From: Candidatus Poribacteria bacterium
GTDB lineage: Bacteria; Poribacteria; WGA-4E; WGA-3G
Assembly (NCBI GenBank): GCA_963663765.2
Contig: CAXXUA010000015.1
Location: 480,001 to 544,000 of the forward strand
Length of the DNA: 64,000 nt
Reading direction: 5' to 3'
In this document: positions 58,225 through 64,000 of the stretch, piece by piece
Layout: each line of letters starts with the position of its first letter
How positions within the stretch are numbered: position 1 is the stretch's first letter
The notes under the pieces: generated by a model
Told to the model about the DNA's origin: nothing
What the model saw: only the letters and a program-made list of their open reading frames with translations
Databases searched by the model: none
Program-made: the position numbers and the translations under genes

Positions 58225-60105
58225 ATGCACCTAAGCACAGCAGAAGAAACTATACAAAGGTTAATATTTAGTTTATCAGAACTGGAGAATTTAGGACAAA
58301 CACTAATCTCTGGTCGTAGTAATTTTAATATATCCAGTAAGACATATCTCCGCATCACACTCGGTACTCTTCAGGTAACAGGGGGAGCTATCCTGAGTTA
58401 CCAATCAACAGATAATTCTTTAACCATTACCGCCTCAACTCCAGAGGTAGATGTTCCCACGATAGAAATTGAACCACACGAAATTACAAGTCTGTTAGAA
58501 TGTTCCTTTGTTGATTTAGACAATGCACCTGATGATCTTCAAGAATTTATTGATAGAAACGAGCAGAGTCTTAATTGTAATTCAATCCATCAACTTTGGG
58601 TGCCTTTAAAGATACAAGACGAATTACTTGGAATTCTGAGTTTAGGTAAGTTTTTAGGTCGTTCTAAGTTTGAAGAATGGGAGCAGGAACTTCTAACCAT
58701 ACTTGCACACCAAATATCAATTGCGATTGCGTACTCTCGAAATGAAGAACGTATTCAGAGTGAGAAGTTTCGTCTGTTTATGTTAGCAGAAAGTGCACCG
58801 CAAATTTGTCAACTTTTACAGCCTGAAGATGCTGCGGAACAGGTAGTCCACCAAGCAGTAGCACTGTTAGATGCTAACGTTGGTGCATTGATGCTTATGC
58901 AATCGGAGGAACAAAATCTTGAGTTACGATATGTTTTCCCACCTGATATCATGGACTCCGATGGAGAAGAAAACGAAAATAAAAGCAACCTATTAGTACC
59001 ATTAAATGGTAGTGATAATGACACATCTGAGCTACAATCAATAACGTCAGTAGAGATGTTAGCAAATGTAGTAAAAGAAGGAAGAACACACCAATGTTCT
59101 GCTAATGCGGACAAACTTTTTGGTGGTAGAACTCTGATGGCGGGTCCAATACAGGGACGTGACGGGGATATATTAGGTGTTCTTGTAGTTGGAGACAAAG
59201 AAGAACGGGGTGGGAGTATTACCAACTTCACATTTGAAGATGAGACCTTACTTGACTCTTTTGCTAAGCAAGCAGGTGTTGCAATAGAAAATGCGCATCT
59301 GCATCAGGAAGCACTTGAAGCACGCCATTTGCAAGCAGAGATGGAGGAAGCTCGAAAAATTCAAGAGAACCTTATTCCAGATACACTCCCAGAAATACCT
59401 GGGTATGAGGTTGCAGGATACTACGAACCTCGTGGACCAGTTGGAGGCGATTATTTCGACTGCATAGAACTTACAACAGGAGGGTGGGGACTTGCTATTG
59501 CTGATGTATCAGGGAAAGGTATGCAGGCAGCACTCTTGATGGCAACACTCCGTGCAGGTCTTTTGTCTGAATTATCGAGAGTTCGCACTGAAAACATACC
59601 TATAGATATGAAGAATGAATTGACTGACATGGCAATGACCTTAAATTCACTGCTCTATGTCAGCGGAACGGAAGAAAAATACGCTACATTCTTTTATTCC
59701 CATCTAAATCCTGAAACAGATACTGTCACATCGTTGAATGGAGGACACAACCCTCCATTGATAGTTAAAAGCAATGGAGACATAGTATGGCTTGGTGAAG
59801 AGGTGGGTGGATTGCCGCTGGGTATGTTTCCAAATGATATGGTGCCTCTGATCGCAAAATACGAAGCTGAGCAGTTTAAACTCGAATGTGGTGATGTAAT
59901 CATCTTCTATACTGATGGCGTAACCGAAACTGTGAACATAGAGGACGAGTTTTATGATGAAGAACGTCTTGAACAATTCGCAAAATCTTGCAACGAAAAA
60001 GATGCTGCATATATATGCAACTTTATACATCAGTCAGTAATAGACTTTCAGGGGGATGCAGATCAATTTGATGATTTGACCTTGCTTGTACTACGAAAAA
60101 AATAG
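58225..60105 (+). CDS. GAF-domain SpoIIE/RsbU-type PP2C phosphatase
   Basis: Two GAF-like domains; VGGDYFD, IADVSGKG, YTDGVTE, DDLT. Confidence 0.93.
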   Translation: MHLSTAEETIQRLIFSLSELENLGQTLISGRSNFNISSKTYLRITLGTLQVTGGAILSYQSTDNSLTITASTPEVDVPTIEIEPHEITSLLECSFVDLDNAPDDLQEFIDRNEQSLNCNSIHQLWVPLKIQDELLGILSLGKFLGRSKFEEWEQELLTILAHQISIAIAYSRNEERIQSEKFRLFMLAESAPQICQLLQPEDAAEQVVHQAVALLDANVGALMLMQSEEQNLELRYVFPPDIMDSDGEENENKSNLLVPLNGSDNDTSELQSITSVEMLANVVKEGRTHQCSANADKLFGGRTLMAGPIQGRDGDILGVLVVGDKEERGGSITNFTFEDETLLDSFAKQAGVAIENAHLHQEALEARHLQAEMEEARKIQENLIPDTLPEIPGYEVAGYYEPRGPVGGDYFDCIELTTGGWGLAIADVSGKGMQAALLMATLRAGLLSELSRVRTENIPIDMKNELTDMAMTLNSLLYVSGTEEKYATFFYSHLNPETDTVTSLNGGHNPPLIVKSNGDIVWLGEEVGGLPLGMFPNDMVPLIAKYEAEQFKLECGDVIIFYTDGVTETVNIEDEFYDEERLEQFAKSCNEKDAAYICNFIHQSVIDFQGDADQFDDLTLLVLRKK

Positions 60106-60117
60106 GAAACCCAAAAC

Positions 60118-61080
60118 ATGCAACAGAATACAGAAGGACGTAAATACCTAAATCCAACAGTTCTCGCTCAAATTGGGAATCTTGAACTTATTGCAAAATT
60201 TGTTGTTGAGGGTTTCATCTCAGGTTTACACAAAAGTCCTTACCACGGCTTTAGCGTTGAATTCTCGCAATATAGACAATATATGCCAGGTGATGATACG
60301 AAACACATAGATTGGAAAGTCTACGGCAGGACTGACAGATATTATATCAAACAGTTTGAAGAAGAGACGAATTTGAATTGCTATATACTGTTGGATACCA
60401 GTGAATCTATGTCGCATCCTTCCCCGGAAGACTTAGAAGAGATAGAAGCAGTGACACAAACTGAGTCAGAAAGTGTTGTTGGACCACTTTCCAAACTCCG
60501 CTATGCCAGTTTTCTAATAGCATCACTTTCCTATTTCATGGCTAAGCAACGAGATGCAGTTGGGTTTGCATATTTTGATGAGAAAGTACATCAGTATCTG
60601 CCTGCCCGTAGCAGTGCTTCCCACATGCATACTATATTACTAACTCTGGAAAACTTACAGACAGCAAAAGAAACAAAAATTGGTGAACCATTACATCAAA
60701 TAGCTGAAAGGTTGACGAAACGCGGATTGGTCATTCTGATTTCCGATCTTTTTGATGAGAACCCAGATGAAGTGATAGAAGGACTTGAACACCTACGTTA
60801 CGATGGTCACGAAGTCATTGTCTTTCATCTGCTTTCTCAACAAGAGGTAGACTTTGAGTTTGAAAGATTGATCCGTTTTGTGGATTCAGAAACCGACCAA
60901 GAAATTATTACAACACCGCAAGTGATACGAGACAGTTATCTGAGCAATTTTAATGATTTTATTCATCACTATAGGACGACTTTGAACCAATCGGATATAG
61001 ATTACAATCTATTAAACACATCAACACCGATTGACAGAGCACTTTCATCATATCTTGCCAAACGTCAAGGTTTTATATAG
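60118..61080 (+). CDS. DUF58 family protein
   Basis: GLHKSPYHGFSVEFSQYRQY.PGDD...IDWK, KQFEEETN, LDTS.SM. Confidence 0.93.
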   Translation: MQQNTEGRKYLNPTVLAQIGNLELIAKFVVEGFISGLHKSPYHGFSVEFSQYRQYMPGDDTKHIDWKVYGRTDRYYIKQFEEETNLNCYILLDTSESMSHPSPEDLEEIEAVTQTESESVVGPLSKLRYASFLIASLSYFMAKQRDAVGFAYFDEKVHQYLPARSSASHMHTILLTLENLQTAKETKIGEPLHQIAERLTKRGLVILISDLFDENPDEVIEGLEHLRYDGHEVIVFHLLSQQEVDFEFERLIRFVDSETDQEIITTPQVIRDSYLSNFNDFIHHYRTTLNQSDIDYNLLNTSTPIDRALSSYLAKRQGFI

Positions 61081-61125
61081 AACTAGCTAAGCACTGTAAA
61101 AGGAATATAAAAGGAGAAAAACACG

Positions 61126-63222
61126 ATGGGTTTATTAGCAGGTGCGTTTGCAATTGCAGGTGCTGTTGGTGCATCAATTCCGCTAATTATTCACTTATTA
61201 AATAGGGAACGTGCCCGAAGACTGGTTTTCAGTACAGTTCGTTTTATTCAGATGTCGCACCAGACAAACGTACAACGTCATAGATTAAAACGTTGGTTGC
61301 TATTGTTGATGCGAATTTTGATGTTAATTCTCCTCGGTCTTGCTTTTGCACGTCCATTCTTCGCTGAGGATCCAGCAACTGCACCAGAATTAGGTGGTGT
61401 CCGTAATGCAGTGATTATCATGGATACATCTTATAGTATGCAATATGAAGATGTATTAGCTCGTGCGAAAAATGAGGCAACTGATCGACTTGGCAATATG
61501 GAAGCAGCGGATGCAGTAGCACTTATTTTCTCAGCAGATAAAGCACGTCAGGTTCTACCAATTGACTCCGAACATAATCACCTCAAAACTGCGATTGAAA
61601 ACGTTGTACCTACCAACTATACTACAGATTACCTTGATGCGATCCAAACTGCAGATGAAATACTAAAGACAGTTTCGGTAGGTCAAAAGCAGATTTTCCT
61701 TATCGGAGACTTACAGAAAAGTGGTTGGGAGAACTTCCTTGAAACTGACAAACTTAGTTCCGATGTAGACATCGAATTTGTCAATATAGGTGAAGAACAA
61801 CCTAATAATCACGCAGTTACCGATATCAATGTCCCTCCTGTTATTTTGATCGATCAAAAAGACACAGAATTGGTGGCACGTGTCCATAACTATAGTAGTG
61901 AACGTGTTGAAAACCTTGATGTGAGTTTATTCATAGATGATAAAAAAGTAGAAACAACCAAATTGGACATTGAACCTGAAGACAGTTCTGATGCTGTGTT
62001 CAAAGTCAAAATAGATCTGCAAAACGAATCATCCCATACAGGTTGGGTTGAAATAAATACTGACGCATTGAAAATTGACAACAAACGTTATTTTACTGTG
62101 CAAAGTATGAAATCTATAAATGTCCACTGTGTTAATGGTGAGCAGAACAGGTCTGACATTGAAGATGAAACATTCTTTCTCACAAGAGCACTAAGAAGTG
62201 TTGGTGATGTAGGCGCTCCGATTGATTATTCGGAATCAAATTCAATTCCTACTGCAGATAACCTGAAGCGTTACGATGTCGTAATAGTTGCTAATGTAAG
62301 CACAATAACGGAGAGTGAATCAGAAAGGCTTAAAACTTATGTGAATGGTGGGGGTGGACTTATCATCACACTTGGAGATAGAATAGATACTGGTGTGTAT
62401 CAACAATTTTTGGGTGGAGCAGAGAATTCTTTGTTACCATGCACAATTATGCAAGCGGTCGGTGATCCTATTGGTAAAGATGATTTCAAAGTAATTGCAA
62501 GTGTTGATTTTCGTCATCCGATATTCACTCCGTTTAGCAATCCGAACCACGGCGATTTTGCTAAAGGTAGATTTTATCGCTATTATCAAACTGTACCTAC
62601 ATCAGATGCAACAGTGATGGCTGCGTTTGATGATGGTAACCCGACATTACTTGAAAAAACCTACGGTAATGGACGCGTGCTATGCTACACCTCAACAATT
62701 GATCGAGAATGGAATGATTTACCAATACACGGTGTCTATCTTCCGTTTCTTCATGAAACCGTAAAATATCTTGCACTAAAACAGGTAGGAAAAGTACCAG
62801 ATTATTATGTTGGAGATACAATAGAATACAACGGTTCTCAAGAAAGTGCTGGAAAAGAGGTTGCAGTTTTCAATCCTGATCGTAAAGAAGATAGGTTGGT
62901 ATTAAATGAGCAGGGAAGTCTTTTCTATGAGAACACAGAAAATCCAGGAATCTTTTCAGTACATAGGTCTGGTGAGAAACCTCAATATTTTGCCATTAAT
63001 GTGGATACAGCAGAGTCAGACTTAACCCCTCGCAATCCAGAAGAATTGACCAGTATGCTTGTTGGTACTGCAGAAACAAACCGTATACCGACTGAACTTA
63101 CACCAGATGTTGTCCGACAATATGAAGCAGATGTTGAGAGAAACCAAAGTCTCTCGACTTATCTGCTGTTAGCAGTTTTTGCCCTTGCAATTTCAGAGAT
63201 GTTCTTGGCAAACCGCGTGTAG
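61126..63222 (+). CDS. BatA N-terminal / vWA / glutamine-amidotransferase-like domain membrane protein
   Basis: PLIIHLLNR...FSTVRF, ARP, MIDAS DTSYSM, C-terminal TM. Confidence 0.88.
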   Translation: MGLLAGAFAIAGAVGASIPLIIHLLNRERARRLVFSTVRFIQMSHQTNVQRHRLKRWLLLLMRILMLILLGLAFARPFFAEDPATAPELGGVRNAVIIMDTSYSMQYEDVLARAKNEATDRLGNMEAADAVALIFSADKARQVLPIDSEHNHLKTAIENVVPTNYTTDYLDAIQTADEILKTVSVGQKQIFLIGDLQKSGWENFLETDKLSSDVDIEFVNIGEEQPNNHAVTDINVPPVILIDQKDTELVARVHNYSSERVENLDVSLFIDDKKVETTKLDIEPEDSSDAVFKVKIDLQNESSHTGWVEINTDALKIDNKRYFTVQSMKSINVHCVNGEQNRSDIEDETFFLTRALRSVGDVGAPIDYSESNSIPTADNLKRYDVVIVANVSTITESESERLKTYVNGGGGLIITLGDRIDTGVYQQFLGGAENSLLPCTIMQAVGDPIGKDDFKVIASVDFRHPIFTPFSNPNHGDFAKGRFYRYYQTVPTSDATVMAAFDDGNPTLLEKTYGNGRVLCYTSTIDREWNDLPIHGVYLPFLHETVKYLALKQVGKVPDYYVGDTIEYNGSQESAGKEVAVFNPDRKEDRLVLNEQGSLFYENTENPGIFSVHRSGEKPQYFAINVDTAESDLTPRNPEELTSMLVGTAETNRIPTELTPDVVRQYEADVERNQSLSTYLLLAVFALAISEMFLANRV

Positions 63223-63266
63223 TTAGTGTATTTGCGTATTTTAGATTAGGAGGATATAGCAAACAA

Positions 63267-64000
63267 ATGGGTCCTGAAACGAATGATAGAATTGAAGTTC
63301 CAGATATTGTCTCAGAGAAAGAATGTCAATTCTTTGTAGAAAACGGTTACCTTGTCGTTCCGAATCTTCTATCCGAAAGTGAAATTGATGAACTTCGGAA
63401 AGATACAGTCAGACTTGCACGTGGTGGATATGAAACTAATAACATGAAACCACTACCAGAAAACGTTACAGACGAAGAAGCAATCGGCAGAATACTCTGC
63501 ATTCATCAACCACATTTTGTTAGTGATACAATTGAGAATTATGTCAAACACCCAAAAATCTGTGGGATATTAAGTCAAATCACCGCTGCGCATCTACCGT
63601 TTTGGGATGGCAGTGTTAAGTGTATGCAGTCAATGCTTTTCGTCAAACCGCCCAATTTTCAAGGACAAGCGTGGCATCAAGATGAGATTTATATTCCAAC
63701 GCGTGACCGTTCGTTAATCGGTGCATGGATTGCAATGGATGATGCTACAGTAGAAAATGGGTGTCTATGGGTATTACCAGGTTCACATCGGCAAGGCTAC
63801 TTATATCCACAACGCAACCATGAAAATCCTGACGAGTTTGACTTCACACCTGAGAGTTTTGGTTTTGACGGTACAATAGAGGTGCCCGTAGAGGTAACAA
63901 CGGGAACACTTGTCTTCTTCAACGGTTATTTACTGCATCGTTCTCGCAAAAATCGTGGTAACACATTTAGACGTGTTCTTGTCAACCACTACTGTAATTC
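63267..64000 (+). CDS. PhyH family dioxygenase (runs off window)
   Basis: AGGAGG RBS; FFVENGYLV, QSMLFVKPP..QGQAWHQDE, GAWIAMDDAT.ENGCLWVLPGSH, LLHRS. Confidence 0.9.
   Translation, partial: MGPETNDRIEVPDIVSEKECQFFVENGYLVVPNLLSESEIDELRKDTVRLARGGYETNNMKPLPENVTDEEAIGRILCIHQPHFVSDTIENYVKHPKICGILSQITAAHLPFWDGSVKCMQSMLFVKPPNFQGQAWHQDEIYIPTRDRSLIGAWIAMDDATVENGCLWVLPGSHRQGYLYPQRNHENPDEFDFTPESFGFDGTIEVPVEVTTGTLVFFNGYLLHRSRKNRGNTFRRVLVNHYCN

Overview
AT-rich bacterial window. The gene content (PhyH dioxygenases, TolB-like propellers ending in a WGKLK tail, a sigma factor with a long C-terminal extension, dense GTAG-REP/MITE repeats) suggests Candidatus Poribacteria; this is an inference. Housekeeping genes lie at 1-1.5 kb, including a UGA-recoded GrdB/PrdB-like selenoprotein with a SECIS-like hairpin, and at 44-64 kb. 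Between about 5 and 41 kb is a rearranged island of secreted and membrane proteins. I count 14 copies of one bipartite motif there (TGCACCCTTTT-N9/10-CTGTGTCTTTAAT). Each points into a transcription unit, and one precedes a 968-aa membrane-spanning ECF sigma factor, so the island looks like a sigma regulon. Its cargo includes two STT3/PglB-like glycosyltransferases with a degenerate WWDYG motif and two paralogous secreted-protein/lipoprotein/propeller cassettes. It also carries a compact operon: a small Cys-rich peptide with a Flp-pilin-like leader, a TolB-like propeller, an A24 prepilin peptidase and a metallophosphoesterase-like/tetraheme-cytochrome/thioredoxin-fold fusion. The island further holds duplicated ThsB-like TIR genes lacking the catalytic Glu and an orphan promoter-preceded TnpB right end (omegaRNA-like). 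IS1595 (pseudogene), IS630, TnpB and ISAs1 elements and their MITEs flank and pepper the region. All family assignments come from motif recognition by eye; no searches were run.
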